From Coleofasciculus sp. B1-GNL1-01 (GTDB lineage: Bacteria; Cyanobacteriota; Cyanobacteriia; Cyanobacteriales; Coleofasciculaceae), in the NCBI GenBank assembly GCA_040220235.1, contig JAVJTO010000004.1: 64,000 bases of DNA, one strand, 5' to 3'. The notes under the pieces are model-generated. The model was given only the letters and a program-made list of their open reading frames with translations. It was not told the DNA's origin and did no database searches. How positions within the stretch are numbered: the first letter of the stretch is position 1; each line of letters starts with the position of its first letter. Shown one piece after another: positions 11,181-23,447 of the stretch. The translations under genes and the position numbers were made by a program.

Positions 11181-12776
11181 ATGGCACGGAAAAATCAGCG
11201 AATCAACCGTCGCCGCTTTCTGGTTACCTCAGCCTTAACCAGTAGCGGATTGATCACCGCTAACCTATTATCGAAATCAGGATTAGCCCAGAGTACAGCA
11301 CCGGGAATTGTCACTTCAGAGAAAATGCGTCCGCAAATCCCTTATGGGGTGGCTAGTGGCGACGTGAGTCGTGATCAGGCGATTATTTGGAGCAAGAGCG
11401 ATCGCGTCAGCCGGATGATTGTAGACTATGATACCAGCGAATCCTTCCGCAATCCACAACGGGCGATCGGACCGGCGGCATTAGAAAGTAGTGATTACAC
11501 TGCCCGACTCTATCTGACCAATCTACCACCCGGTCAACAGATTTTCTATCGCGTCACCTTTCAGGATTTAGCCGACTTAAATCGCTACAGCGCCCCCGTC
11601 ACTGGTACATTCCGCACCGCGCCTATCGACAAACGCGATATCTTTTTTATTTGGTCAGGTGACACGGCGGGTCAAGGTTGGGGAATTAATCCTGACTGGG
11701 GCGGAATGAAAATCTATGAAACCATGCGACAGTTAAATCCCGACTTTTTCATCCATTCGGGGGATTACGTTTATGCCGATAACCCTATTGTTGCTCAGGT
11801 GCAACTGGATGACGGTAGCATCTGGAAGAATATCACTACCCCAGAAAAGTCTAAAGTCGCCGAAACGCTCCAAGAATTTCGCGCCAATTATGTTTATAAT
11901 CTCCTAGATGAAAATATCCGCCGCTTCAATGCTCAAGTTCCCCAGTTCGTGCAATGGGATGACCATGAAACCACGAATAATTGGTATCCGGGGGAACAAC
12001 TTTTAGAGGATGACCGCTATACGGTTAAAAGTGTCTCATTGTTAGCAGCCAGGGCAAAGCGGGCGTTTTTGGATTATACTCCGATTGATGTTAACCATAC
12101 CCATCCCGAACGGATTTATCGGTCGTTTCAGTATAGTCCATCCCTGGATATTTTTATCCTGGACATGCGAAGCTACCGAGGACCGAATACCGCCAATCGT
12201 CAGACTGAACCTAGTGAAGAAACAGCGTTTTTAGGGACAGAACAGATTAGTTGGTTAAAACAACAGTTACGCAATTCCTCAGCCACCTGGAAAGTCATTG
12301 CCAGTGATATGCCGATTGGACTGATGGTTCCCGATGGAGAAACCAAGTTTGAGAATGCGGCGAATGGGGATGGTCCTCCCTTAGGACGGGAGTTTGAACT
12401 GGCAGATTTACTCCGATTTATCCAGCAAAATGAGATTAAAAATGTCGTGTGGTTAACCGCCGATGTTCATTATGCGGCGGCACATTATTATGATCCGAAT
12501 CAGGCTCAGTTTACGGAGTTTAATCCCTTCTGGGAATTTGTCGCTGGACCCCTGAACGCGGGAACCTTTGAACGGAAGCTACTGGATAATACATTTGGTC
12601 CCCAAGTTAAGTTTCAAAGTGTCTCATTCGACTTAGAACCCAATCGTCCGCCCAGTGAGGGATTACAGTTTTTTGGCACAGTAAACATTGAGGGGAAGAG
12701 TGAGGTGATGACGGTGGCGCTGCATAATCTTGAGGGCAAAACCCTCTACAGCGTTGATTTGATACCAGAAATTTAA
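11181..12776 (+). CDS. phoD: Alkaline phosphatase D, Tat-exported
   Basis: Twin-arginine NRRRFL signal; HSGDYVYAD, WDDHE, LDMRSYR, LTADVHY. Confidence 0.92.
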   Translation: MARKNQRINRRRFLVTSALTSSGLITANLLSKSGLAQSTAPGIVTSEKMRPQIPYGVASGDVSRDQAIIWSKSDRVSRMIVDYDTSESFRNPQRAIGPAALESSDYTARLYLTNLPPGQQIFYRVTFQDLADLNRYSAPVTGTFRTAPIDKRDIFFIWSGDTAGQGWGINPDWGGMKIYETMRQLNPDFFIHSGDYVYADNPIVAQVQLDDGSIWKNITTPEKSKVAETLQEFRANYVYNLLDENIRRFNAQVPQFVQWDDHETTNNWYPGEQLLEDDRYTVKSVSLLAARAKRAFLDYTPIDVNHTHPERIYRSFQYSPSLDIFILDMRSYRGPNTANRQTEPSEETAFLGTEQISWLKQQLRNSSATWKVIASDMPIGLMVPDGETKFENAANGDGPPLGREFELADLLRFIQQNEIKNVVWLTADVHYAAAHYYDPNQAQFTEFNPFWEFVAGPLNAGTFERKLLDNTFGPQVKFQSVSFDLEPNRPPSEGLQFFGTVNIEGKSEVMTVALHNLEGKTLYSVDLIPEI

Positions 12777-12781
12777 CAGAC

Positions 12782-12813
12782 AGATCCCCGACTTCTTGGA
12801 GAAGTCGGGGATC
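12782..12813. terminator. Strong palindrome between convergent phoD and hemA (terminator or REP-like)
   Basis: AGATCCCCGACTTCT-TG-GAGAAGTCGGGGATCT. Confidence 0.6.
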
Positions 12814-12894
12814 TTGCTTAAGGCTATACTTCAAAAAAAAGAGAGGGAGGATACTCACTCAGCATCACCCTCCTACTCTCTTCATCTCCCACGC

Positions 12895-14181
12895 TTAACC
12901 AAACTGTTCTTCAATCTCTAAATTAAACAGCGTTTGCAGCGTCTGCATGGCTTGACGTCTGGCTTCAATATCCTGCTGCGCCCTTAACTGCACCATCGGA
13001 TCATGGAGGATTTTATTGACAATTCCCCGTGTCAACGCTTCGATGATTTCTTGATGTTTATCGGCAAACTCTGAACCTAAACGAGATAAGGCTTTTTCTA
13101 ATTCCTGTTCCCGGATACCTTCGACTTTCTCCCGCAGACTACTAATAGTACTCACGGTTTCTAGCGATCGCCACCAAATCTCAAACGCTTCTACCTCTTG
13201 TTCCAGTAAGTTTTCCGCTTCCATTGCCATCTGACGGCGGCTTTCGGTATTTTGCGCCACTACTGCTTTTAAGTCGTCCACATTAAAGGCTTGAACCTGT
13301 TCAAGTTCATTGACATCAGCATCCACATTACGCGGTACGGAAATATCAAATAGCATTAAGGAGCGATTGGGATCAAGATGGTCTTCCAGTTTAGCCCGAT
13401 CCAGAATCGGTTCTGTCGCACTGGTACTGGTAAACACCATATCCGACTCCGGAATCACCTCCATCATCTCAGACAAGGGATGTACCGTTATCTGAGCATT
13501 CTCAAACTGCTTTGCCAACTCCTCAGCCCGACGAGTTGAGCGATTGATAATGGCGATTGACTCAGCCCCTTTGGAAAGCAGGTGTTGCACCAGCAAACGC
13601 GACATCTTCCCCGCCCCGATAATCGCCACTCGGTAAGCCGCCAAGTTTTGCACTTCCATCTGGGCAAGTTCCACCGCCGCTGAACTAATCGAAACCGCCC
13701 CGGTACCAATGCTGGTTTCCGTGCGGACTCGCTTTCCGGCGGTAATCCCTTGTTTAAACAGTCGATTCAACAGGCGTCCAATTCCCTTGTATTGCTGACC
13801 GATTTTGTGGGTATGCTTGACTTGCGATAAGATTTGTCCTTCACCTAGGACTAGACTGTCCAGTCCCGCTGCGACGCGCATCAGATGCATCACCGCATCT
13901 TGATGTAACAAAATAAACAAATGGGGGCGTAATTGATGCAAGGGGACAAGAGAGTTATCAGAAAGGAATTGACTGACTTCACGCACACCCTTTTCCGTTT
14001 CTGCTGCCACAATATAAATTTCTAGGCGATTGCAGGTACTAAGGATCGCCACTTCTTCAACATGGGGGTAGCTACAGAGTTGTTGCACCGCCCCTTCTAT
14101 TTGGGCTTCGGGAATGCTTAGTTTTTCCCGGACTTCAACGGGCGCTGTTTTGTGGCTTAAACCTACGACGGCAATATTCAT
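12895..14181 (-). CDS. hemA: Glutamyl-tRNA reductase
   Basis: [55 protein letters not shown]. Confidence 0.97.
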   Translation of the reverse strand: MNIAVVGLSHKTAPVEVREKLSIPEAQIEGAVQQLCSYPHVEEVAILSTCNRLEIYIVAAETEKGVREVSQFLSDNSLVPLHQLRPHLFILLHQDAVMHLMRVAAGLDSLVLGEGQILSQVKHTHKIGQQYKGIGRLLNRLFKQGITAGKRVRTETSIGTGAVSISSAAVELAQMEVQNLAAYRVAIIGAGKMSRLLVQHLLSKGAESIAIINRSTRRAEELAKQFENAQITVHPLSEMMEVIPESDMVFTSTSATEPILDRAKLEDHLDPNRSLMLFDISVPRNVDADVNELEQVQAFNVDDLKAVVAQNTESRRQMAMEAENLLEQEVEAFEIWWRSLETVSTISSLREKVEGIREQELEKALSRLGSEFADKHQEIIEALTRGIVNKILHDPMVQLRAQQDIEARRQAMQTLQTLFNLEIEEQFG

Positions 14182-14476
14182 TGTGTTCTCCAAATCTCTG
14201 TCGTTGGGTTGGGTCAACTATCAGGCTTGTTTTTTTTAAAGATAAAGAAAATTGAGAAATTTTTCTGAATGGGATGAACAATTGGGCATGAGTTCACAGA
14301 TTCAGAGATGAAATTTTTTACCGGGGGAAAATCGATTTGCCCGTTAATCAACACTAAGCCAGAGTAAGTAGCATTATCATTGCTTATACTCTGGCTTTAA
14401 CGCTTTTTTCTCCTCTCGATGACTATAATTCGAGACGGAGAAATCCTGCAACAAACAATGGATAAATTTACAGTAC

Positions 14477-15517
14477 TTATCGTAGTTGCAGGGTCTTGGG
14501 CTGATCAAACAGATGGACAGTATCCACAAATCGAGCCGTCTTGGACTGGGTAGAAATAACCAGACTTTGAGTCCGCGCTCCCCCATGGAAGAGTCGTACC
14601 CCTTCCATCAAGGTACCCGGCGTAATCCCACAAGCGGCAAATAGCACGGTGTCACCTGAGGCTAGCTCATGAGTATTGTAGACCTTATCAGGGTCGTTAA
14701 TGCCCATTTCTTGGAGCCGCTCTAGGTTCCCCTCTTTGCTTTCACCAATCAAACCCGTTTGTACGGTTGCTGGGTCATAAATTAGCTGACCTTGGAAATG
14801 TCCTCCTAAACAGCGCATCGCCGCAGCAGAGATAACGCCTTCGGGTGCAGCACCAATACCCATCAGAGCATGGATATTTGTCCCTGAAAAGGCACAAGAG
14901 AGAGCCGCAGAGACATCTCCGTCACTAATTAGCCGAACTCTCGCGCCAGCCGAGCGGATTTCCTCAATCAGTCCCTTGTGGCGATCGCGCTTCATGACCA
15001 CGACCACAAGTTCCTCAATTGCCCGATCCAGACATTCCGAGAGAATTTGCAGGTTCTCTGTTGCCGATTTATTGATATCGACATGATTTTTAGCCGCAGG
15101 AGGCGCCGCTAGCTTTTTCATGTAAAAGTCAGGTGCCGCAAACAGCCCTCCCTTCTCAGAAATGGCTAGCACCGCCATTGAACCGGGTTGCCCATAAGCC
15201 ACCAAGTTCGTCCCTTCACAAGGGTCAACGGCAATATCGACTTCAATCAGTTCATCGGGATTACAAAAGTTCTTCGCATCCGGCTGGTTACAGATGCCCA
15301 CTTGTTCACCGATATACAGCATCGGGGCTTCATCTCGCTCCCCTTCTCCAATCACGATGCGACCTCGCATGTGAATGTTGTTCATCCGCTCCCGCATGGC
15401 TTCGACTGCCACATGGTCTGCCTCGTTTTTATCACCTTTGCCCATCCATTTGGCAGAGGCAAGTGCTGCCTGTTCGACAACTTCAATAATTTCTAGTCCT
15501 AGCGTAGTTTCTAGCAC
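14477..15517 (-). CDS. glpX: Class II fructose-1,6-/sedoheptulose-1,7-bisphosphatase
   Basis: [37 protein letters not shown]. Confidence 0.96.
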   Translation of the reverse strand: MLETTLGLEIIEVVEQAALASAKWMGKGDKNEADHVAVEAMRERMNNIHMRGRIVIGEGERDEAPMLYIGEQVGICNQPDAKNFCNPDELIEVDIAVDPCEGTNLVAYGQPGSMAVLAISEKGGLFAAPDFYMKKLAAPPAAKNHVDINKSATENLQILSECLDRAIEELVVVVMKRDRHKGLIEEIRSAGARVRLISDGDVSAALSCAFSGTNIHALMGIGAAPEGVISAAAMRCLGGHFQGQLIYDPATVQTGLIGESKEGNLERLQEMGINDPDKVYNTHELASGDTVLFAACGITPGTLMEGVRLFHGGARTQSLVISTQSKTARFVDTVHLFDQPKTLQLR

Positions 15518-15669
15518 GAAGCTTTTCCTCTCAACTGCTTAGTTTTTCCCTGGTGTTATTTACTGTCCCCAGTCTAAAAGTCTATCAGAGACGGGGATCT
15601 CCTCGAAAGAATGTCGAGTATTGGTTTATGTTAAGTTTTGCTACGATTAGGTGTTTCAGACGTAGCACG

Positions 15670-16590
15670 CTACGTCTCGACTTGGGTAATGATTGTCCGA
15701 TGGCGGGGACTATTCGGCATGATCATCGGTGGCTGGAATCCTGCTTGGGCGATCGCTTGTTCGATATCCAAGGTAATATACTCGTCAAAGTAAGGCTCAG
15801 TGCTTTTGAATAAAGTAAAAACGTAAGCTGGCATCGTCGCATACACCTGAGACTGAGGATTCATATCCATCAGGGTAAGATAGCCACCCGGACGTAATAA
15901 CCGCCGTGCCTCCCGTAGGATTGCCTTTGCCGCCGTTTGGGGTAATTCGTGGAATACCAAAAAGACAGACACCAAATCATAGGAAGCATCCGGTAAACCT
16001 GTCGCTTCAGCCGCCGCGTGTTTCCAGTTAATGTCTGTATGATGCTGTTTGGACTTATATTCGGCAACAGCTAGAAAGTAAGGCGATAAGTCTACACCCG
16101 TCATATTTGCCTGGGGATAAATCTGTTGTAGGGCAAAGGTACTCATTCCCACACCACACCCCAGATCCACAATATCTTGCGGCTCAGTTTTAACTTGCTT
16201 TTGCACCAACTCATGGTAACTCTGCCGCAGTTTAGCGTCTCCTTGGAGTTTATCCTCAGGATAGAGATTGGCATGAACCGCATAAGCCGCAACTTCGTGT
16301 TCAAACGCCGCATCCCACTGAAGATTTCCCTGGTCATAAGCATGGAAGGGGCGCAAATAATAATCCGGGTAGGTTACCTGGGGGTTTTGGACTTGATTCA
16401 GATAACTATCCCAGTCCAGAGAACGTAACTCATTGACCTGTTTTGTCCAAGGTACGCCAATTTTTTCCGCTCGCTTGACAATCATCTTACGAGCTTGCTG
16501 CTTGGCTAAATTAGCCAAAGGTTTAATGGCAAGGAAACCATTCACCAAACGTGAGGCTAATTGGGGTGTTGTGTTTACCGTAGTCGTCAT
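15670..16590 (-). CDS. Class I SAM-dependent methyltransferase
   Basis: VDLGCGVGMST, GVDLSPYFL, FHELP, LLRPGG. Confidence 0.88.
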   Translation of the reverse strand: MTTTVNTTPQLASRLVNGFLAIKPLANLAKQQARKMIVKRAEKIGVPWTKQVNELRSLDWDSYLNQVQNPQVTYPDYYLRPFHAYDQGNLQWDAAFEHEVAAYAVHANLYPEDKLQGDAKLRQSYHELVQKQVKTEPQDIVDLGCGVGMSTFALQQIYPQANMTGVDLSPYFLAVAEYKSKQHHTDINWKHAAAEATGLPDASYDLVSVFLVFHELPQTAAKAILREARRLLRPGGYLTLMDMNPQSQVYATMPAYVFTLFKSTEPYFDEYITLDIEQAIAQAGFQPPMIMPNSPRHRTIITQVET

Positions 16591-16831
16591 AAGAGTTCTT
16601 AGCGATTATCTGTTTTGGGGATTAGCATGTACACAATATTGGCAATCCTACGATATTTAAGCAACAGCATACCACCCCCCTACACTCAAGTTTCCTGTTG
16701 ACAACGTGCTACGCTATGGAAGTTGGTGGAAATAAACTCAATTCTATTAAATTGATAAATAGCCCTCAAACTCTTACCTTAAGGAAGAATCACCCGCGTT
16801 TTAACGGGGTGAGTATCCAATAAAACAAATA

Positions 16832-16901
16832 ACCAATGACCAATGACCAATGACCAATGACCAATGACCAATGACCAATGACCAATGACCAATGACCAAT
16901 G
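16832..16901. repeat. STRR heptamer array (ACCAATG)x10
   Basis: Ten perfect copies directly after the stop of the convergent GGDEF gene. Confidence 0.95.
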
Positions 16902-16906
16902 ACGAT

Positions 16907-17905
16907 TCAAACTTTTGCCACATATCGATTACGCCCAGAGGCTTTCGCTTGATACAAAGCCATATCCGCTTCAGTAACTAGCTTAGCTGGTGGAGTATCC
17001 GGCTCAGGATAAAGACTGGCAACACCTAAACTGAGTGTGACGTATTCACTAATAGCTGAAGCTGCATGGGTAATCTTTAAACTATAAACCAAGCTGCGTA
17101 ATTCTTCAGCCACTAGAGACGCACCAATCGTGGTGGTATTGGGTAACACAATCGCAAATTCTTCACCACCATAGCGAGCGACTAAATCAACAGAACGTTT
17201 GGCACAAAAACGTAAAGCATCAGCTACCCTTCGCAAACAGGCGTCACCGGCTTGATGACCGTAGGTATCATTATATTTCTTGAAAAAGTCGATATCACAT
17301 AGAATCAGAGACAAAGGCGACTCTTCTCGAATCATGCGCCACCACTCATCATCAAGGTATTGATCAAACCGACGGCGATTGGCTACACCCGTTAGTCCAT
17401 CTAACGTGGCTAAACGTTGTAACTCTCGATTGGCTTGTTCAAGTTGTTGATAAAGCTGAAACTGTTGAATTAAACGCCGTACTCGTTGACGCAAGACAGC
17501 TAAGTGAATTGGTTTGGTGATATAGTCAGTAGCACCAACGGCAAAGGCGCGGTCAACGGATTCTGGATCATCCAGATTGGTAATCATTAACACCGGCGTT
17601 TGGGAAACTCCCTGTAACCCTTGAGCCTCCAAATGTTCGCTATCGGGTGATGTCTCGTCTTCGTCTGAGAGTTTTTGTAAGTGTTTGCAACAGGTAAAAC
17701 CATCCATGACCGGCATCAGGGCGTCTAGCATGACCAGATGCGGTTTGAGACGCTGATAAACGTCCAAACCCTGTTCGCCGTTGGTTGCTTCAACAACTTT
17801 ATAGCCTTCTTTTTCCATGACTCGGCGTAAAAGTTCTCGTATAAACTGGTCATCATCAACCACCAAAATGGTTGGCGGTTCTTCGGGCAAAGAAACTAAT
17901 TTCAT
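16907..17905 (-). CDS. REC-GGDEF diguanylate cyclase (PleD-like)
   Basis: ILVVDDD, DALMPVMDG; DGLTGVANRR, DIDFFK, ARYGGEEF. Confidence 0.93.
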   Translation of the reverse strand: MKLVSLPEEPPTILVVDDDQFIRELLRRVMEKEGYKVVEATNGEQGLDVYQRLKPHLVMLDALMPVMDGFTCCKHLQKLSDEDETSPDSEHLEAQGLQGVSQTPVLMITNLDDPESVDRAFAVGATDYITKPIHLAVLRQRVRRLIQQFQLYQQLEQANRELQRLATLDGLTGVANRRRFDQYLDDEWWRMIREESPLSLILCDIDFFKKYNDTYGHQAGDACLRRVADALRFCAKRSVDLVARYGGEEFAIVLPNTTTIGASLVAEELRSLVYSLKITHAASAISEYVTLSLGVASLYPEPDTPPAKLVTEADMALYQAKASGRNRYVAKV

Positions 17906-18604
17906 CCTTAAGAATGCTGATATTGCCGTCTTTGGGTCTGTAAGATTAATGTGACCCGTTGATACTCAGCCTCTAGCTGGCAAAACTGCGCCAGTGCTGC
18001 CATGGGATCACCACCCTTGCTTATCTGTTCTAGCATCTGACGAAACGGGTAGATTGTCCTAGTTCCTAAAATCCCATGACTTCAACGTGTCAATTTCATC
18101 AATCGAGTCTCTATACGTCTGTTGAGGATAGCTGTAGCATGGATGCCATTAACCTGAGGCATGTTCCAGGGAATGATTGATCACCTCCAAATCGAGAGAA
18201 AGAGTATCTTTCCCTACCATAGCCTGAAGCAATTGCCATGTCTCTGGGTGTAATGGCTGAATTGTTGGAGTTGTTGACTAGCTATCGCGAATTTTGCCGG
18301 CAGATGCTGTTCAACGAGTCAGATTCCGCACTGTCAGATCAAATGTCTGTAATTAATCGGATACAAAAAAATAATCGTTTCTATACCGATCGCGCGGTGA
18401 TGACACAAACCAAGCATCAATCCCGGTTCAGGAGTTTAATGCCTAGCTGCGGCGAGTTGACCAAAATCTGGCAGATGCAATATCTCTATTATTATTGCTT
18501 GATGTTTAGAGATGATTCAAGTAAGTCAATTCTAGCTCTTTTTCCCAGCTTGGTACTCCCAGCCATTTTTCACGTTGTCTATTGTAGTTTTCCGGGACTG
18601 ACCA

Positions 18605-19621
18605 TTGAGCCAACCCTTTTCCGGTAATCGCCGTGCCTTGCTTAAACTCTTGGGACTGACGCTGTTGGCAACCCAAGTCCCTGTAACGGCAAACCCCCTA
18701 CCCCTTCTCAAACCACGACGCCTGAATCCTGGCGATACCGTAGGGTTGATTAGTCCAGCCGGTCTAGTTGACCAAAAGACCCTTGATGAAATCGCTCCCA
18801 TTTTATCACAACTCGGTTTGAAAACCAAACTGGGAACCCATCTTTTCGACCAATACGGCTATCTGGCGGGTCAAGATGTTGACCGCGCTGCTGATGTGAA
18901 TGCGATGTTCGCTGATTCCTCTGTCCAGGCTGTGCTGGCAATGGCAGGCGGATGGGGATGTAATCGAATTTTACCTCTGTTAGACTACCAGCTAATCCGC
19001 CAAAATCCCAAAATCATTATCGGCTATAGCGATGTTACCTCACTGCTGTTAGCGATTTATACTCACAGCAACCTGATCACCTTTCATGGACCACTCGGAA
19101 CATCAACCTGGAATTGGTTCTCAATCCAACATCTGCAACGCATCTTGTTTGATGGACAAGCTATGACACTGCAAAATCTATTGAGTACTCCTGTGGAAAC
19201 CATTACCAAGGGTAAGGCAAGGGGGCGTCTGGTGGGGGGAAATTTATCGCTGGTGGCGGCGCTGGTGGGGTCAGATTATTTACCCGATTGGCAGAACTCT
19301 ATTTTGTTTGTGGAAGATATACGAGAAGAGGTTTACCGGATTGACCGCTTGTTAACCCAGCTCAAACTCGCTGGAATTCTCGATCAAGTGGCTGGATTTA
19401 TTTTTGCACAATGTACAAATTGTCCTGCAGGTGAGGCGAATGAACCATCGCTGACGTTGCGGCAAGTCTTAGCTGACCATATCAAACCGTTGGGGATTCC
19501 TGCCTGGTATGGTTCGATGATCGGTCATATTCAGGATAAGTTCACTGTCCCTATCGGCGGAATGGTAGAAATTGATGCGGAGCGAGGCACAATTCGTTTA
19601 TTAGAATCGGTGGTGATATGA
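18605..19621 (+). CDS. LD-carboxypeptidase, peptidase S66, with Tat-like signal
   Basis: NRRALL signal, GGWGCNR, IGYSDVT, GGNLS, EDIRE, IGH. Confidence 0.88.
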   Translation: MSQPFSGNRRALLKLLGLTLLATQVPVTANPLPLLKPRRLNPGDTVGLISPAGLVDQKTLDEIAPILSQLGLKTKLGTHLFDQYGYLAGQDVDRAADVNAMFADSSVQAVLAMAGGWGCNRILPLLDYQLIRQNPKIIIGYSDVTSLLLAIYTHSNLITFHGPLGTSTWNWFSIQHLQRILFDGQAMTLQNLLSTPVETITKGKARGRLVGGNLSLVAALVGSDYLPDWQNSILFVEDIREEVYRIDRLLTQLKLAGILDQVAGFIFAQCTNCPAGEANEPSLTLRQVLADHIKPLGIPAWYGSMIGHIQDKFTVPIGGMVEIDAERGTIRLLESVVI

Positions 19622-19652
19622 TATCTCATCCACTCATCAGCCCTTGCTCTAA

Positions 19653-20522
19653 CTAAGCCGCCCGTAACGGCAGATGCTTGGACTTATCGGCTAAGAAACC
19701 CATTAGATTGTGCAAAAATGAGTGGCTGACTGGCTGATCGGTCGCTTCTGGATGGAGTGGTGTCGCGATCGCGTCCACAGATTGAGGACAGGGGGTATGA
19801 ATCACTAAGGGAATTTCTTCGACCAATCCGACTGACATTAATCGAAAAGCAATCTGCTGTACCGTTTTTACCGAAAGTCTGAGTTGTTTAGCAATTTCCC
19901 TCAAGGACACAGTGCCACTGGTATACTCCCAGACTTGAGATTCTAAGGGGTTGAGGGGATAACGAGGGTGTCCTGTCACACTAAGCAACCCAGCATGAAC
20001 ATCCGGTAGTTTATCGCTTAGGACATCCCAGTTACGCAAAGAACGTAATCCTAGTAAATTGGCACCTAGGGTATTTAAGCTCAAACCCGTCATTCCTAAC
20101 ATGGGGAGTTTAACTTCATGGCTGAACTTAAAATGACCTGTTTTGAGTTGAAACAAGGTACAGGTGGGTTGTAACACTTGGACTTGGAACAACCATTTGA
20201 TTTGTTGAAGGGTTAACAACCCATGTTTTTGCAGATATGTACCCAAGGGTTGCTCCTGAGGCAATGACTCACTCAACTGAGTTAACTGACTTCTATCCAT
20301 CCATTGGCGTTGAGCAATTAACTTGATTAATCCTAGATGCTTTAACTGAGAATCAACTGCCACAATTCGACCGCGATAGACCCAAACATAGCAAACGCCA
20401 TTGGGGGTGACAGGAGTAGAAACATCAGTATTCACAGTGAGTAAACCCGTATGATGCCCTTTACCAAGGAGCCGAAAAATTTCGGGTAATGAAAAGTCAG
20501 TGAGTGAGCCTGTAATGCACAT
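19653..20522 (-). CDS. DUF4388 (PatA N-terminal-like) domain protein
   Basis: ITGSLTDFSLPEIF..TGLLTV..VWVYRGRIVA; C-terminal HTH-like segment. Confidence 0.75.
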   Translation of the reverse strand: MCITGSLTDFSLPEIFRLLGKGHHTGLLTVNTDVSTPVTPNGVCYVWVYRGRIVAVDSQLKHLGLIKLIAQRQWMDRSQLTQLSESLPQEQPLGTYLQKHGLLTLQQIKWLFQVQVLQPTCTLFQLKTGHFKFSHEVKLPMLGMTGLSLNTLGANLLGLRSLRNWDVLSDKLPDVHAGLLSVTGHPRYPLNPLESQVWEYTSGTVSLREIAKQLRLSVKTVQQIAFRLMSVGLVEEIPLVIHTPCPQSVDAIATPLHPEATDQPVSHSFLHNLMGFLADKSKHLPLRAA

Positions 20523-21052
20523 TGTTCTTACGTTGATATCAGTTTTGTTATTGAGGATGCAAATAGCAGGGTAACGCCTTCAAAGTTAGCCTGTTTAGCT
20601 TGATCCCGAAAAAAATCTGTAATTTTTACTACTCTTAGTTTAATCCCTGATGAAAGTTTCATACAATTGCTTTTTACTAAGTTGTGTTAAGAAAGGAGAA
20701 TCTTTATTAAATTACAACTCGAAAAGTTGCGCCTTATCACCATTGTCATGTTTTTCCGTCATCCATTTGTACCTAAGACGATTCTTTCTCGGTTAAAGTT
20801 TATTTAACATCCTACTGAAGGTAGACAATATTAAAGATGGGGAAGGTGAGGAAGGTGAGGAAGGTGGGGAAGATAATATTTTAAAGTTTTTTTACCCTTC
20901 ACTTGGTTCGAGGCGAGGGCAGGGCGCGTGAATTAACTCACCATCTCCCCTATCTCCCCCATCTCCCCTATCTCCCCTACCCACTCAGATTCAAGACGTT
21001 CCGTGAAAAGTTAGCACCTCCCCCACTGCCCTTACCTGGCGCTCGTCACCAA

Positions 21053-22933
21053 TTAGCTCAGAGCAACCGTTGATTGTAGATCCAACAGTTTCGTGCCGCA
21101 TTCACAACAACATTTATGAGTCGCTGGATTTTCGGTTCCACAGTTAGAACACGTCAGGATAGTGGGTGAAATCGGCTCTGGGTTATGAGGGTGCAATCCC
21201 ATCATGTCACTATTGGTATGACCAGGAGCAACCATGGGATAACAGTCTTCATTGCGGGTAACACGCACATCTAATAGCACTGGACCGTCATGGTTAAGCA
21301 TTTGAGCGATCGCCTCAGGTAATGCATGACGTTCAGTTACCTTAATGGCATTAATCCCGTACACCTGAGCCAGATTTACAAACTCTGGGGTACCGACTTC
21401 CAGATTCGTCGCTTCATAGCGATCGCCATAGAACAAATGTTGCCATTGGCGCACCATTCCCAGCCAACCATTGTTGAGAATGACAATCTTGACGCCAATG
21501 CCATACTGGGCGATCGTACCCAGTTCCTGCATATTCATCTGGAAACTCCCATCACCACTGATACAAATCACGGGTTCTGAGGGGAGAGCCATTTTGACTC
21601 CCACAGCCGCAGGCAAACCAAATCCCATTGTCCCTAAACCGCCACTCGATATCCAACGACGGGGCTTATTTTTCAGGAATTGAGCCGCCCACATCTGGTG
21701 TTGACCGACATCAGTGGTGTAATAAGCGTGGGGGGATTGACGAGCCACTTCCACAATCACTTCTTGGGGCGAGAGATTCTCCTGGGGATGGGGCAAATCT
21801 AAAGGATACTCATCCCGCCACTGTTGCAGGCGATCGCACCACGCTTTCGTTTGTTCTGGATCGATACCATTCCCGACTTGATCAGAACGCCGCAATAGGT
21901 CAATTAACACCTGCCGCACGTCGCCAACAATGGGTACATCAGTGTTCCGATTTTTCCCCACTTCCGCCGGATCAATATCGATGTGAATCACCTTCGCCTC
22001 AGCCGCAAACTGTTTCGGCAAACTTGCCACCCGGTCATCAAAACGGGCACCCAAGGCGATTAACAGGTCACATTCACTCACGGCAAAGTTAGCATACGCC
22101 GTGCCGTGCATCCCTAACATCCCCAAAGCCAGGGGATGGGACTCATCAAATGCGCCCTTACCCATCAGCGTCGTGGTTACCGGAATCTGGAAATGCTCTG
22201 CTAGTTCCAGAAGTTCTCCCTGGGCACTTGCCGCGATCGCACCGCCACCTACATAAAGTAAGGGTTTCTTCGCCGCCCGAATCAACTCTAGTGCTTTGTT
22301 AATCTGGTTTAAATTCCCTTTCACCGTAGGACGGTATCCCGGTAGCTTAATCGTACCCGGTTCCACGGGAAAGTAATCAAATTGCTCAATTCCGACATCT
22401 TTGGGAATATCAATCAACACGGGTCCCGGTCTACCCGTACTGGCGATGTGAAACGCTTCCGCCACAATCCGGGGAATATCGCGAGCCTCATTCACTAAAT
22501 AGGAATGCTTGACAATTGGCAGCGTAATGCCGAAAATATCTATTTCTTGGAATCCATCCGTACCAATTGCCCCACGGGGAACCTGTCCCGTAATTGCAAT
22601 CATTGGCACAGAGTCCAAACTCGCCGTGGCTAAACCCGTGACCAAATTCGTGGCTCCCGGTCCGGAGGTTGCCAAACAGATGCCCACTTTACCTGTAGCC
22701 CGGGCATACCCGTCAGCAGCATGGGCAGCCCCTTGTTCGTGTCGCACCAGAATATGTTGGAGTTCGCCTGCGACTTCCGCTTGGTAGATTTCATCGTAAA
22801 TCGGTAGATTCGCACCGCCCGGATAACCGAAAATATGCTTCACACCATGGCGCTTTAAACTATCAATCAGGGCAAAAGCGCCGGATACACGCCTGACTCT
22901 CACTGTTTCAGATTGCACAGCTAGTGCCTCCAC
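21053..22933 (-). CDS. ilvB: Acetolactate synthase large subunit with C-terminal zinc ribbon
   Basis: [47 protein letters not shown]. Confidence 0.95.
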   Translation of the reverse strand: MEALAVQSETVRVRRVSGAFALIDSLKRHGVKHIFGYPGGANLPIYDEIYQAEVAGELQHILVRHEQGAAHAADGYARATGKVGICLATSGPGATNLVTGLATASLDSVPMIAITGQVPRGAIGTDGFQEIDIFGITLPIVKHSYLVNEARDIPRIVAEAFHIASTGRPGPVLIDIPKDVGIEQFDYFPVEPGTIKLPGYRPTVKGNLNQINKALELIRAAKKPLLYVGGGAIAASAQGELLELAEHFQIPVTTTLMGKGAFDESHPLALGMLGMHGTAYANFAVSECDLLIALGARFDDRVASLPKQFAAEAKVIHIDIDPAEVGKNRNTDVPIVGDVRQVLIDLLRRSDQVGNGIDPEQTKAWCDRLQQWRDEYPLDLPHPQENLSPQEVIVEVARQSPHAYYTTDVGQHQMWAAQFLKNKPRRWISSGGLGTMGFGLPAAVGVKMALPSEPVICISGDGSFQMNMQELGTIAQYGIGVKIVILNNGWLGMVRQWQHLFYGDRYEATNLEVGTPEFVNLAQVYGINAIKVTERHALPEAIAQMLNHDGPVLLDVRVTRNEDCYPMVAPGHTNSDMMGLHPHNPEPISPTILTCSNCGTENPATHKCCCECGTKLLDLQSTVALS

Positions 22934-23447
22934 TTAGTCTAACAATTACATGAGGAACGTTACTAATGAGTGCTAACCCAAATCTGGGTAAGCGGTTTGC
23001 TAATTTCGATACAGCTTAGAGTTTTACTCAATGATTTGACTTTCTGTGAAAGACGATTTTAATTGTTCATGAAATAACCCAATTAGAACGAAAATTTTAT
23101 ATTTTTTTAATTTTGCTACGTTTAGCTTGGGTTATAAAACTTAAATTATCCCTAAAGGATTGGTGATAAAAATTGCGAATTACCCTGGCGTTATTTCCCT
23201 GTAAGTGGAGCAATTCATTAGGTTTTAACTGGATGTGGTTGGTGTGAATAGATTGAACAATATGTTCTTGATCGGCTAGAGTGCTTTTATAGCAATAATA
23301 ATGGAACGCGGTGGGGCTTGTGAACTAACCATTACTTTTTTCTTTTTCTTTGATGTAACAAGTAATAGACTTGAAGCCCAAATATAGCAATGATATCGGT
23401 TTTATAAATTTCCACAAATTTAAAATAACAGGTACGGAATAGATGAC

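Noticed and set aside
18238..18627. 129-aa ORF upstream of the S66 peptidase
   Set aside because: No recognisable motif and it overlaps the next start; probably spurious
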